Shown here: positions 49,875-63,479 of the stretch, in pieces | Numbering within the stretch: position 1 is the stretch's first letter | How the letters are laid out: the number at the start of each line of letters is the position of its first letter | Source of the DNA: Anthoceros angustus | Lineage: Eukaryota; Plantae; Anthocerotophyta | Direction: 5' to 3' | DNA length: 64,000 bases | NCBI GenBank assembly: GCA_010909165.1 | Contig: MU008200.1 | Location: 124,001 to 188,000, forward strand | Position numbers and translations under genes: made by a program | Notes under the pieces: generated by a model | Told to the model about the DNA's origin: nothing | Database searches by the model: none | Seen by the model: the letters and a program-made list of their open reading frames with translations, nothing else

Positions 49875-52800
49875 TGTGGAATGCAAAAGTTTGGGCAACC
49901 ATCCCAAACTAGCTTGAGGAAGAGCGACTTGAATTTTTTTTGGCTGAAAACGATTGGAGAGGGACATGTTGGGAATTTTCAGAAACTTGAGCCACCGGAG
50001 TCAGAGGGGTATTGGTGGGGAAGCAAAGAGGATATCCGGGAGAAGAAATGGGTCAAAACGACCCCGTGCAAAGGCGGGGCACCGAAGTAGGGCAGACTAA
50101 CCCGTAGGGTCGCCACACTCACGCCGAGGTCGAGCTAAGAGCATACCACGAGGGTGGTCACCTACCGTAGTCGACAAGATCTCGAGAAAAGAAATTAATA
50201 TAGGGGGATATCCACTATATATGCTCACCAATAGGGAATAGATAAATAGAAATAAATAATTGAAACATATTTAGAGGTAGAAAATGGCGGTGTAGGTAAT
50301 TTAGGAGGATTAGGTATTTTAGATTAGGTATTTTAGATGAACCAAATCTAGGGCGAGCCCAAGTGGCAGCAATCCAAGGAGTGCGCTTTGGCAACACCAA
50401 CTTCGCTCAAGGGGCGTCCACTTCACGAAGGACTGAGACTGGAGCTGGAACGCAAGAGGAGAGGAGAGGAAGTCGCCATCGCCGCCAACACCGCCGCACG
50501 AAAGCCGAGGAAGGAGCGGCCAAGCTGAAGAAGGAGAGGAAACCCTAGCTGGAGCGAGGAGGAGAAGAGGAAGGCGCCAAGCGCCCTGGAGTGTTGCGGA
50601 GTTTTTCGAGCTCTGGGAAGTTGGGAGGAGCGCACAAGGCCGGGGTGTTGGAAGGAGCCTCAAGGTGGAGGCGCACCGGGGTACCCAAAGGGCGAGGTTG
50701 AAGAAATTAAAGGCGAGAAGGAGCGCGATTCCAAGGGCGCCGCTTGGGAAGGAAAATCGAGGAAATTGGCACGAGGGAGCCAAGCCTAACGGATTGCTGT
50801 GGGGTTTGCACCTGCAAGGAGGAGGAGTGTTTGAGAGAAGTACACCAAATTGGAGAAGTAATTTTCCTTGAAGCACTTGAGAAAAGAAGGCGCCATGCCT
50901 CGAAGGAAAGGCAAGGGAAGGAGCCACTGCCAAGGGTTCCTCCTCGAGGAGGAAAGGAAAGAAGGCAGAGGCCGCGCCGCTGTGAGGGGTGAGGTCGAGA
51001 TGCCCCAATTCACTTGCTTTGCAGCTCAACCCCGGATTTGGTGATTTGGCGTGAGGAGGAGAACATCCACTGATGGGTGTATACGCCAATGGGCCTACAC
51101 TAATTTGGAATTGATTGAGGAGTGTTACATCAACCTCCATCAATCAAGCGCCTGCCCGGAGAGGAATGCTGAACGGATCCCGCTACCGGGAGCATTCGAC
51201 AAGTGTATGGAAGGACGGAGGAGGAGAGCTCAGAATTGCTCTCTCGAGAGGACAAATGGAGGGAAGAGGAGCCCTCCGACATTCCCAGAGTTCCTCGACA
51301 TGATGGATGAGGAGGAGGAAGGCCCACGCCAAGAATGGCTGGAAGACCGAGAGCATCAAGGAGTCAAGTGGAGGCTCTTCAAAGATTGTGTTGGTGAAAT
51401 TACCAACGACTTTATTTCAAAGACCAACTTCCTCCAATTTTTGTGGAAGATTTCATGGGAGCCAAGCCGATTGGGGCATGTATGATGAGGCCTACATCCA
51501 CCACGAGAAGCTCCTCAAGCCAAATTGTGGATGAGGAAGGCCAAGCTTACCTTAGCACCTATTTGGTGCATTTATGGGAAACCGAGGACTCTCACAAGCA
51601 AGGAGCTTGAAGATGCATGGCATCCTTTGAGGTCATCCATCTCCAATTTGAGAAAGGCCTTTGCCTTGAGGAAGACGGGAGGTCGACCTCCACAAGCACA
51701 TGACCAAGGGCGGAGGAAGTAGAGGCAACAGGTTGCCGTGAGTGGGAGGCCTTTCCACAAGAGCAAGGGAAGGAGAGGCAAGACCGGCCGAGGAGGGGAT
51801 GGTAGTCTATGAGAGAAGGACCACTGTGAGGGGTGACCCAAGGTGGGGGAGTCCCCACCATCTTTTGTGCCTAGAGAGGCACCCTCGGCCCCACCCCGAG
51901 GGGAGCCCACCCAAGGGTGGGCATCACTGGTAGGCCACCACTACCATGGTAGAGGCCACCGGGGGAGCCCCACTGGTAGGCAGCACCCCACGCCCAGTGC
52001 CCACAAGGGGAAGGAGAAGGAAAGGAGGCGCGAAGGCGCCTGCCGCCCACCCGCTTGGGAGAGCGGGGCGATGGAGGGGACCCACGCCACCGATGGCCCA
52101 AGTGAGGGAGCTGGAGATTTCCAGAAGAAGGAGGGGTGGAATTAGGACCCCTAGGAGAATTGGGTGCTTGTGAAGCACTCACCATGTGGATTTGAAGGGG
52201 CTAGGGACAGCACCTCCTTGTGGGCATGCCAAGAGGAAGTCAAGGCCCAAGAGATGACGAGGGAGAGCAGGACCAAATGGCAATTGGAGGCCATGGAGTC
52301 CGAGAAGGCAGCCAAGTTGGAAAAGGTCAGGAGAAGCTCCAGCCGACCTGTGGATGGGGCGAGAAGGTCCTGAGGGAAGGTTGTCAAAGAAGAAAGAGCC
52401 ATCCGCAACCACCCAACGGACTCATGGAGGCAAATAGGGAGGAGCATTTTGCCCAATTAGAGCAAGAGAGGAAGGGCAAGGGAAGGAGCCACTAAGGGTT
52501 CCTCCTCAAGAGGAGGAAAGGAAAGAAGCGGCGGCGGAGGTTGCGCCCGGGAGGGGTGAGTCGAGATGCCCCAATTTCGTGCTTTGCTGAGGCAGCTCAA
52601 TCCCCGCGACTTGGTCGATTTCCAATGGGCGTGAGGAGGATAACATCCATCAATTGGGATGGGTGTATGGCCGCCAATGGGCCTACACCAATTTGGAATT
52701 GATTGAGAGTGTTACAACCTCCATCAATCAGCGCCTTGCCACCTTGCAGGAGAGGAATGCTCGGGTGATCCAGCCTGGGCCGGTCCGCATTCGACAAGTG

Positions 52801-55800
52801 TATGGAAGGCCGGAGGAGGAGAGCCTCGTGGATTGTTCTTCGAGAGGACAAATGGAGGGAAGAGGATTGCCCTCGAGATTCCGCAGGTCCCTCGACATGA
52901 TGGACGGAGTGAAGGCCCACGCCAAGAATGGTGGAAAAGCGGATAGCATCAAGGAGCTGAAGTGAGGCTCTTTGCAAAATTGTGTTGGGGTTGGTGAACT
53001 ATCAACGGACCTCTTATTTCCACCAATTTTTGTGGAAGATTTCGAGGAGCCAAGCCGGATTGGGGGAATCATGTATGAGGCCTACATACACCACAGGGAG
53101 AAGCTCCTTAGGCCAAATTCGGTGGACGAGGAAGGGCCAAGGCCCTGTTATCTTAGCACCTATTTGGTGCATTTATGGGAAACGGAGGGACTCCTCACCA
53201 GCAAGGAGCTGGAGGATGCTTGGCATCCTTCGGAGGTAATCCGGATACCTCCAGCCCAATTTAGAGCGGCCTTTGCCTTTCGCCTTGAGGAAGACCATGG
53301 GAGGCCAGACCTCCACAAGCACACCAGGACCAAGGGCGGAGGAAGTAGAGGCAACGAGGTTGCCGGAGTGGGAGGCCTTTCCCCCACAAGAGCGAGGGGA
53401 AGGAGAGGGAGGGCCGAGGAGGGCCGGATGGTAGTCTATGAGAGGAGGACCACGGGGTAGGGTGACGACCCCAATGGTGGGAGGAGTCCCATCGTGGGTG
53501 CCTAGAGAAGAGGCACCGCAGCCTACCCCGAGGCAGCCTACCGATGGGTGAGGCAGTGGTGGCGATCAGCCTACCACGGTAGGTAGGCGCAGCTACCGCT
53601 GGGGATCGCCATGTAGGCACACCCGCTGGGCGAGCCACGGTAGGGAGGAGGAAGGAAGGGGCAGGCGAGGCGGCCGGCCTCACCCGCGCTTAGGGAAGGC
53701 GGATGGTAAGGGACCACCAGCCCGCTGGTATGGGCGAGGGGAGCTAGAGATTTCCAGCAAGAGGAGGCTGGGCGGGGGGCCCCTAGGAGACTTGCTTGTG
53801 CTTGTGAGCACTCACCATGTAGATTTGAAGGGGCTAGGGAATTAACAGCCACCCTATGGGCATGCCAGAGGAAGTCCCAATAAGGCCCAAGAGATGACAG
53901 AGCGGAGAGCAGGGACCAAGTGGCAATTGGAGGCCATGGAGTCCGACGAGAAGGCAGCCAAGTTGGAGAAGGCTGTGGAGAAACTCCAGCGCGACCTTGT
54001 GGATCAGCGGCACGCGGAGAAGGTCCTGGAGGGGAAGTTGTCCCAAACGGAGGAAAGAGCAGTCCGGGCAACCACCCAAAGGGACTCATGGAGGCAAAAG
54101 GCGGAGGAGCATTTTGCCCACCTAGAGCAGAGAGGAAGAGCGTGAGGCTCTAGGAAGGAGAAGCGCGTCCAAAGTGGACAGAGCAGTGATGGCTACCAAG
54201 CCATCAAGATCCGGACATGGAAGAGGAAGAGGGACCCTTAATGGAAGAGAAGCGAGCTGGAGCAACCAAGAATAGAGCCGGAGCGAGAAGCTTGGCAAGC
54301 GAGAAGGAGGGGCTTGCCAAGCAATAGCAGAGGAACAAAGGAGGTTCCAGAGGAGGAGCACCACAAGAAGGTGGTGCATGGATGCTGGTAAGGAAGAGGA
54401 GATTTTGTGATTATGCCCTTCGTGCAAAATTGGCCAACCAAAAGGAAGCAAGGAGGAGAATGACCTCCATGTCAAGGTGGGGAATTGACCACCTCAAGAG
54501 ATGCCTACAAGGGTAGGTGTGAGGATGGAGAGTGGCCCACTGAGATTGATGATCTCCAAATGCAAGATTACAGCTTGGGGCTCACCTCCACAACAGATTT
54601 TGAAGGCCAACAATGAAGTCACGCTTGGCCAAGAGGAGGACATTGGGTCCTCATGATGATGATAAGGAGCGCAAGTGCAGCCGTGAGGCCTCCGATTTTG
54701 ATGAGGCCATCAAACATGGACTCCGAGGAATCGAGGAGGAGATGGAGGCACCGCGCCAAAGGTGGAAGATGGCGCAGAGCAAGGAGGGGGGACAGCCCGG
54801 GGTCACCTACCAGGTGACCACCACCGGTAGTCCGCCAGACCACCAGACGCCACGCACGGTAGTCCGCCAGATCACCGGGTAGGGCTGTGCCGCGGCGGAG
54901 CTGGAGTCGGGCCGCGAGGCCCGGGCCGAATGAAGGAGCCGGGGTCCAGTATACCCTGGAGAGAGGGAGGTGGGAGACAACCCCACCGAGGAGACAAGGA
55001 CCACCGCCGAGGAAGGGGAGGGGTGAGAAGTTCTCACCCCATAAGGGAGGAACCCGCTGTGAGAGGAGACCAACGCAAAAGGGCCCGAGAGTTAGAAGCA
55101 TCACATTGGGGAAGAAGATTTGAAGATGCTCCATGATAGGTATGGACAAACCAAACAGAGGAAAGGAGCAAAGAGATTCCAACCTCAATCACCGAAGGAG
55201 AAGGAAGGAGAAGGGGACCGACTACCATGGTAGTCACACCCCGTAGTCCGCTGATACCGCGGTAGGTGCGGGCGAGCGCCACCAGTGGCGAGGCGGAGAA
55301 AAGGGCCTAGGTGAGGGGGCGCGATGATGGAGATGAGAGGCGCCACGCCCTGGAGATGGAGGAAGGGGCAGATTGTACTTGCCCCACACATTAGGAAGGT
55401 GACAAGACTGGGAAGGGGCAGAGCAAAAGGAGGGCGAGGGAGCCAATCCAAGGACTTAAGATGGTCACCTAAGCATCCTTTAAGGATGAACTGTGAAGTT
55501 GCTAGAATAGAATTTACCAAGGATGCATAATAGATTTAGGTGCCGTATTAAATGTCATGTAGGAAATAATAGAATATTGGAAAAGGTGACCGCAGAGGGT
55601 CACCTAAGGGAGGTTGTATGGTGGAAGGCCTCCTATAAGAGGAGGAGGATTTCACAAAGTAAAGTATCATGTCTTGCGCCCACCCCCGAGTCCTTTTGTA
55701 AAGGAATTTCGTGCCGTGAGCCAACGCAGCTAGAGAGGAAGTCGCGTGGTCTGAGTGTTGGTGGAGGACTTGCTCGCAAGTGCCTAAACGAGTTGCTCTT

Positions 55801-56430
55801 GTGAATGGTTGCTGGAAATTGCTTTGCTTTTGGGTGTGTGGCAATGCCCAGAACTCGGCTTGAGGTAGACCACAGTGAAAGACTCGGAGGTTCTGGTGTC
55901 AAACTCATAGCAACCGCCCAAGGAAGAACTTGCGGTGGAGGCCGACCCTGTGCCAGCCGAAGGGCGAGTGAGAAGCCCGAATCGAGGTTAGAATAGGAGG
56001 AAGAGGATGAGAAGATGAGTAGAGGATTAGAGGTGTAGGTGTTAGTGGAAGGCCACGCAGAGCCTAAGGGACTAATCCCAACTAAGTAAAAGAGCGCCCC
56101 GAGTGGAGAAGAGTGGTCTTAGAAGTAGGGACAAAATTATGTGTGGACTGGGGTCCCGCCCGTGATAGGCTCGCTAAGGCGTGACCCGCAATTGTGTTGT
56201 CGCTGTAGGTCGAGGATTGGTGATTTTTCGAGCAAAGGCAAGTGCAACACAGAAGAGGGAGAGTAGAGGGCGCCTTGCTTGTTTAGAAGGCTGAGAAGGT
56301 GTGTCTCAGTAGCGATTGGTTATCACAAGGCCTCGAAGCCACACAAGTCTCATGGGACGAAACCCAACGACGCTTAATGGGATAAGTGGCCGCCAGAGGG
56401 GGAAGCCTAAGTCCCGGTTTCGCCACCACA
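49875..56430 (+). mobile_element. Solo-LTR-like insertion (6.6 kb) carrying the accessory ORF with an internal ~1.6 kb tandem duplication
   Basis: Starts TGTGGAATGCAAAAGTTTGGG, ends gggataagtggccgc...cgccaccaca; interrupts RMSRIAR|RPLNDLLKK; flanks cgcgg/ctcga (3/5 match); TATA-like ctataagagg at ~55632; no gag/pol inside. Confidence 0.75.
50560..55140 (+). pseudogene. Accessory ORF within the LTR (copies 50913-52467 and 52468-54140, C-terminus to ~55140)
   Basis: Repeated blocks QWAYTNLELIE, FLQFLWKIS, RPCYLSTYLVHLWETEGLL, KWQLEAMES.KAAKLEK, then LGPHDDD. Confidence 0.72.
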
Positions 56431-58868
56431 CTCGACCATTGAATGACCTGTTGAAGAAGTTGGTGACTTGTCGTTGGACTCAAGAGGAGGAGTCGGCTTT
56501 CATGGAGTTGAAGGGTAGACTCATGAGCTCGCCAATTCTTGGTCATCCAGACTTCAGTAAGCCATTCGTACTCTATACTGATTGGAGCAAGTATGACATA
56601 GGGGTAGTCTTGGCGCAGATCAATGACAAAGAAGAGGGAGCCATATCTGTTTAGTACACCAAGCACGCGATTCTATGTAAACTGTCATATTTCATGACAG
56701 AAGTTTGCTTATGTCTCAAGCTGACCATTCAGGCTTCAAGTTCAAGTCTCAGATAATCCGAAGGCATTCGTGAGAATGCCGAGGCGAGCCTGGCAACCGA
56801 AGACATGCGATAGCTTGTTAAGGCGGCGCGCAAGGCAGGCTTTCATCTAGTTCTAATTTTGGATTTAGTTCTAGATGAAGAATCTAGTTCAGATGAAAAT
56901 CTAATCTTAAGATCAAAATAAAATGAAGATTTAGTCTAAAATATCAAGACTAAGTATCAGGCAAGCTTCGCGTTCTGTTACGAGGCCGAAAGGCTAATCT
57001 CAGGCAGGGCGGCGGTTATCAAGCAAGCTAAGCTTGGTTCATAGTTTTGGAGCAAACATGCAGTATTAAGCACGCGCAGCTTGGTTAGGGTCGCATCACT
57101 TATCCAGGAAAGACATCCGCCTTTAGCTAAATGTCGCGCTTTAGTCATGAGCGAAGCTACTCTAACTTTTGGCTGCAGCTAGCTTCAACAACGAAACATC
57201 ATATGAACCATTATATGAATCATCGTATAAATATCAGACATAAGGCTTTCTAAGAATTGCCATAAACCATAGGGCACTACTTGAAGTCTTGATTGTCTCA
57301 GCTTTGATGTCAAATGTAGCGTCTGGATTTACTTTGCAAGTGGCTAACTCGGACTTAGGATGGTGTTCTCTCGGTCTATATGGAAACAAAAATCTACGTA
57401 CCATGAACAAACTTGTTACGTTCTTCCAGAATATATCAAGGGGGGGCCTCCTTGGCACTGTAGTCTTGCCGTGCCACCTGAAGGATAACCATGCGTGTAT
57501 AGCCCTAGTAGGGCTATAGGTTAATTCTAGCCGACGGGATGCTTCTACCTCACTGCGCCTTCCCGTGATAGGCGATAAGTACAAAAAGGATAGCCAAGAA
57601 AGGCCCGTGGGACCAAAACCCAACGCATTTAAGCGACAAAGGGATAAGTGTGGCCGCTAGAGGGGGAAGCTCTTAAGTCCCGGTTTTCGCCACCACACTC
57701 ACCATTGAATGACCTGAAGAAGCAGGACTTGTCGTTGGACCCAAGAGGAGGAGCTTTCATGGAGTTGAAGGGTAGACTCATGAGCTCGCCACCTTGGTCA
57801 TCCAGATTTCAAGAAGCCATTCGATTTATAATCGATTGGAGCAAGTATGACATAGGGGTAGTCTTCAGATCAATGACAAAGAAGAGGGAGTATCCGCTTA
57901 GTACACCAAGCACGCGGTTCTGTGTAAACTGTCATATTTCATGAAGTTCGCTTCTGTCTCAAGCTGACCATTCAGGCTTCAAGTTCAAGTCTCAGATAAT
58001 CCGAAGGCATTCGTGAGAATGCTGAGGCGAGCCTACGGCAACCGAAGACATGCGATAGCTTGTTAAGGCGCGCAAGGCAGGCTTTCATCTAGTTCTAATT
58101 TTGGATTTAGTTCTAGATGAAGAATCTAGTTCCAGATGAAAATCTAATCTTAAGATCAAAATAAAAATGAAGATTTAGTCTAAAATATCAAGACTAAGTA
58201 TCAGGCAAGCTTCACGTTCTGTTACGAGGCCGAAAGGCTAATCTCAGGCAGGGCGGCGGTTATCAAGCAAGCTAAGCTTGGTTCATAGTTTTGGAGCAAA
58301 CATGCAGTATTAAGCACGCGCAGCTTGGATAGGGTCGCATCACTTATCCAGGAAAGACATCCGCCTTTAGCTAAATGTCGCGCTTTAGTCATGAGCGAAG
58401 CTACTCTAACTTTTGGCTGCAGCTAGCTTCAACAACGAAACATCATATGAACCATTATATGAATCATCGTATAAATATCAGACATAAGGCTTTCTAAGAA
58501 TTGCCATAAACCATAGGGCACTACTTGAAGTCTTGATTGTCTCAGCTTTGATGTCAAATGTAGTGTGTGGATTTACTTTGCAAGTGGCTAACTCGAACTT
58601 AGGATGGTGTTCTCTCGGTCTACATCTAAACAAAAATCTACATACCATGAACAAACCTTTGTTACGTTCTCCTAGAATATATCAAGGGGCAGGGGCCTCC
58701 CTTGGCTTTGTAGTCTTGCCGTGCCACCTGAAGGATAAACATGCGTGTATAGCCCTAGTAGGGCTATAGGTTATTCTAGCCGATGGGATGCTTCTACCTC
58801 ACTGCGCCTTCCCGTTGATAGGCGAGATACGAAGTACAAAAAAGGATAGGCCAAGAAAGGCCCGTGGG
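56357..58868 (+). repeat. ~1.26 kb tandem duplication: LTR end + RT-connection/RNase H fragment + non-coding DNA
   Basis: PLNDLLKK...PILGHPDFSKPFVLYTDWSKYDIGVVL at 56435-56650 and again at 57700-57890; the following ~950 bp is also duplicated (e.g. 56750 vs 58000). Confidence 0.9.
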
Positions 58869-58869
58869 G

Positions 58870-61800
58870 GGATAGTGTCAGGAACTGAGCAACGCCCTAT
58901 AGAAGTGGAGCGACAATCCAAGTGGGACGAGAATGCAGCCAAAGCTTTTGCAACCATTTGCTTCAATTTTGGAAGATGCACAACTAATGCACGTGACTTC
59001 TTGTCAGACTGCAAGGAAGCTTAGCAAAAGCTGGAGGCGCTGTATGAGAACAAGAGCCTTGTGAACCGCTTGTTTTTGAGGAGAAGGTTCTTTACTCTTC
59101 AAATGGGTGAGAATGACAGTGTCATTGAGCATGTAGATAAAGTGAGGAGTTTGTCACAACAATTAGCAGCTATTGGAGCCCCTGTGTCAGATGATGACTT
59201 GGTGATGACTCTTCTTGCAAGTCTTCAAGAGTCATACAACAACTTGATCGTGGCTTTGGAGTCAAGAATAGAGACTTTGACTTTTGAGATTCTTGTGAGC
59301 AGACTCACATGAAGAGACAAAAAGAAGAGAAAAGGGGAAGATATATGAGGAATCAGCTTTTGTGGCCAAAAAGTCTCAGGAAGAACAATCAAGTTCCATC
59401 AAGCTAGGGGAAGTTCCTTCTCAATCTGTAGGAGGACATAGAAGGTCCAACATAACTTGCAACTACTGTGGCAAGGTTGGACACATTGCGAGGAACTATT
59501 TCAAGAAGCAAAGGGATGAGAAAGCAAAACCTCAAAGCAATTGTGCTGAAGACTTTGATGAGGCCTTTGTGAGTACACATCACCACTCAAATGAAGCTGA
59601 CAGGTGGTATATCGATTCAAGAGCTTTGGAGCATATGACCAATAGGCGTGAATGTTTTCACTCTTTCAAACCTACTCCTGCAACTAACATTTATTTGGGT
59701 GATAATTCAGCTCAAAAATGTGAGGGAGAAGGAGTTGTATTTCTAACCATGACCACTCCTAAAGGGCCTATTTTTGGGATGTTAAAGAAGGTCCTCTATG
59801 TGCCAGGCCCGAGCAAAAACCTCTTCTCCGTTAGCGGCTACCTCTCAAGGGTTGAGAGTGAGATTGAGGAAGCTGGAGTGACCTTCACGAATGCAAAAGA
59901 AGAAGTGAGAGCACAAGGAGTGAAGGTTGGAAGATGTATTGTTTAAGTGGAGTACTTGTGGTGCCAAGCTCAAGAATGGAGGCAAATGTGGTACAAGAGC
60001 ACAACAACAAGCTACTATTGTGGCACCAAAGATTGGGACATCTTGGAGTTCAAAACATCAAGCTCATGGAGAAGAAAAAGATGGTAAGAGGACTTGAGCT
60101 TGGAGAGGAGGAAGATATAAGTATTTATAGAGGTTGCATGAGGGGAAAGCAACATCGATTTCCATTTCCAAAGGGAGGAAGAAGAGCTAACCATGTGCTA
60201 GATTTGATTCACTCATACCGTGGCCCCATGAAGACCACATCTCTAGAGGGGCCAAGTATTTCCTCACTTTCACAGATGACAAGTCAAGGTATACCAAGGT
60301 TTACTTCCTCAAATCCAAGGATGCTTGTTTTATCAAGTTCAAGGAGTATAAAGCACTTATGGAGAATCAAATTGGTAGAAAGATAAAAGTTTTAAGGAGT
60401 GACAATGGAGGTGAGTATATGTCCAAGGATTTTGAAACTTTTTGCAAGGAGCACGGAATCATGCAACAATTTTCGGCCCCTTACACTCCTCAGCAAAATG
60501 GAGTTGCGGAAAGGAAAAATAGAACTTTGGTAGAATGTGCTAGGAGCATGCTTCATCATCAACAATTGGGCTATGAGTTTTGGGGGGAAGCCATTGCAAC
60601 TGCTACCTACTGACTAATAGAAGTGCAAGTGCATCACTAGAGGATATGACACGGAGGAATGCGTTAGGAGGAAGCCTTCTATTGCTCACTTGCATGTGTT
60701 TGGGTGTAGAGCCTTTGCACATAAACCCAAAGAAGTCAGGAGCAAGCTCGAAGGGAAGGCATTGGAGTGCATTTTTGTGAGCTATGATATTGATAGAAAG
60801 GCCTATAGATTGTATGACAGCGCATCATCATAAGTAGAGATGTGGTTTTTGATGAGGCGGAGATTATAGATAGCGAGAAATTTCCTATTGTTGATGCTCA
60901 TGAGGTTGTGATACCTCAAGAACCAATTGGAAAAGACGTCATTCCGTTTGATGGGAATGAAATGATCCTAGCGAGGGAAACAATGAGGAAGAACCCTTGA
61001 GAGAAGAAATTCTTCCTCCGATGAGATATCCAACAAGGGAGCGTCGTCCACCAAGAGATTGAAGAGAAGGACCATAGTTTGCATCCATTGCTATGGAATA
61101 TGGGAGGGAACCAAGAACGATAGCTAAAGCACTACAAGGAAAAGATGCAAAGCTATGGATGATGAGATGAAGTCGTTGAAGAAGAATGACACTTGGGTGT
61201 TAACCTCCTTGCTTGCAAGAAGGAATGCTATTCGGAGCAAATGGGTGTTTAGAGTCAAGAGAAATTCTAGTGGTCAGATTGAGAGATATAAGGCAAGATT
61301 GGTGGTGAAAGGATATAGCCAAGAACAAGGCATCGACTACAATGAGACTTTTGCTCTAGTGGCCAAATTTGTGTCAATAAGGACTTTACTTGCAGTGGGA
61401 GCAATTGATGATTTGGAGATTCATCAAATGGATGTAAAAACTGCATTTCTCAATGGAGACTTAGAGAGGACATTCATATAGCGTGGATGACCTCATTTTG
61501 TTGAGCGCATCTATAGATGCCATCAATGAGGTAAAGGAGATGTTGTCAAAACAATTTGAAATTAAGGACTTGGGAAAGCTCAACTATTGCCTTGGGATTC
61601 AAGTGGTTAGAGAGAGGGTGAGGAGAATAATCAAGCTTGGACAACAGAAGTACATTGAGGAACTCTTGGATCGTTTTGGAATGACTGATTGCAGGCCAAT
61701 TGCAACACCTCTCTGTTTAGATATGAGGCTTAGCAAAGACCAATGTCCTACAAGCAATCACGAGGAGGAGGAGATGAAGAACATTCTCATGACAAGCAGG

Positions 61801-62423
61801 CAGTTTGATGTTTGCCATGGTTGCAACTCCCAGATCTTGGGAAAGCTCTAGGTGTTGTGAGCCAATATATGCAAAACTCGAAAGCCACATTGGACAAAGA
61901 AGAGGATAATGAGGTACTTGAAAGGCACACATGACATGTACCTTGAGTTTTCATGTTCAAATGAAGGACACGTACCGCTTGGATATTGTGACTGGATTGG
62001 GGAGCGATCTTGATGATCGGAGGTCCACAACCGGATATGTTTTATCCTAGGAGGTGCCATCGTTGAATAGCAAAAGCAACCAAATGTTGCAATGTCTACG
62101 GAGGCGAGTACATGGCATCCACACAAGCTAGAAAGGAAGCCATTTGGTTGAGAAGGTTCATGGAAGAAATTGGGTATCAACAAGTGCAGCCAATTGTTCT
62201 TCAAAGTGACAACCAGGGAAGCTTGGCATTGATCAAGAACCCTGTGCACCACTCAAGGACAAAGCATATTGATATCCAACATCACTTTGTTCGTGAAAGG
62301 GTGAAATCGTTGGAGGTTACATTTGAGTATTGCAAAACGGAAGATATGGCTGCAGATTTCTTGACCAAGGCTTTGAGCAAGTTCAAGTTTGAGAAGTGTA
62401 GAGAGCTAATTGGATTAAGGTAA
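58870..62423 (+). pseudogene. Ty1/Copia gag-pol, 5'-truncated, with stops, frameshifts and an RT deletion
   Basis: UBN2 gag NRLFLRRRFFTLQM, knuckle CNYCGKVGHI, protease WYIDS, LWHQRLGH, integrase LRSDNGGEY/PQQNGVAERKNRTL, RT ARLVVKGYSQ/MDVKTAFLNG joined directly to VDD (~61480), RNase H RTKHIDIQHHFVRE. Confidence 0.93.
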
Positions 62424-62435
62424 ACTCAGGTGTGC

Positions 62436-62620
62436 TGAGTGGAGTGTTGAGGATGCAGCTTACTAAGTTTGTTAACATGGATATGATTATGTGTAAAAGA
62501 TGTAGGTGATTGAGCTTACTATAAGTACATAGAAGTGGGTAAATGGAAAACATATACCCCGTATTGAGTAGGAAACGTGAGTGACACTTTTTAAGGTTCA
62601 AAAAGGGGGTGAGACCAACT
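62436..62620 (+). repeat. Copia PPT and start of 3' LTR
   Basis: tgagtggag (62436-62444) followed by TGTTGAGG at 62445; LTR end not determined. Confidence 0.7.
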
Positions 62621-63479
62621 AGTTATAGTAGGTTCAGCTCCATGACTATTGTCTTTGTCTTGTTTGCTCAAAGTTGCTCTTTATTTGTGTTTTAAGGCCT
62701 CGTTTAGGTGGTCTTAGTTTTGCAATTCTGAACACTTGCTTTCTTGACACTTCTGACCCTCTTGAAGCATGGCTAGCTTCCAATCTCAACAAATCGTACC
62801 TGCTCTCTTGCTCTATGTCGGACCAGCAGCTCCTCTTCCTCATCACTGTCAAGCACGGTTTTGACCCTGGGAAGTTGTGTCCGTTCAATCCATCCACATA
62901 GTACTATTTTTCGACAAATTGGGCCCTCAAAAAGTCTCGCACATTGTCGTTGAGCCTGCAGGTACCAACATTCTGATGTTGGTTTATCCCACTCCAGAAC
63001 TCCTATGCGCAGACAAGCAAACAACCTATAGAAGGCTCTAGAATAGCCTATGGCAAAATGTCCCCGCCTCCCATGCAAATGAGGTGGACCTTTAAACTCG
63101 CAAGTCGAGTTTCTCTTCTTCAGAAGCCGTAAATCCTTCCTTAGGCCAATGATAAAAAACCTGATGCATAAAGAGATGGTGTTTTAGCTTGCGAAATGCT
63201 CCTTCAGAGTACCCGGTCCATACAAAAGTCTGCCTACTCATACCTCTGCCTGCGAGCTCAAAAACGTCCCGGTGATCATATGGAAAGCTTTCGATGTTGC
63301 AAGTCTCATGATGAGACTCCACATACAACAAAAAGCCTTGCAATGCCAAAAAGGTTTCGGGACGTTTAGGTTTGCCAGGTTAGTATTTTCGCACAAAGGA
63401 GTCTTCCACTTGTCTTCCCATGGCCTATCGGGAAAATGTGGCCTCTTTGTGACCACTTGGTTTAGAAAATCACCCCACA

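Noticed and set aside
49880-50090. Chromodomain at the end of ORF 49536-50090
   Set aside because: The ORF runs from RT into the inserted LTR at 49875; no convincing chromodomain motif.
62620-63433. Gypsy integrase on the - strand
   Set aside because: Only vague similarity (FEGP); no DDE or HHCC motifs, so left unassigned.
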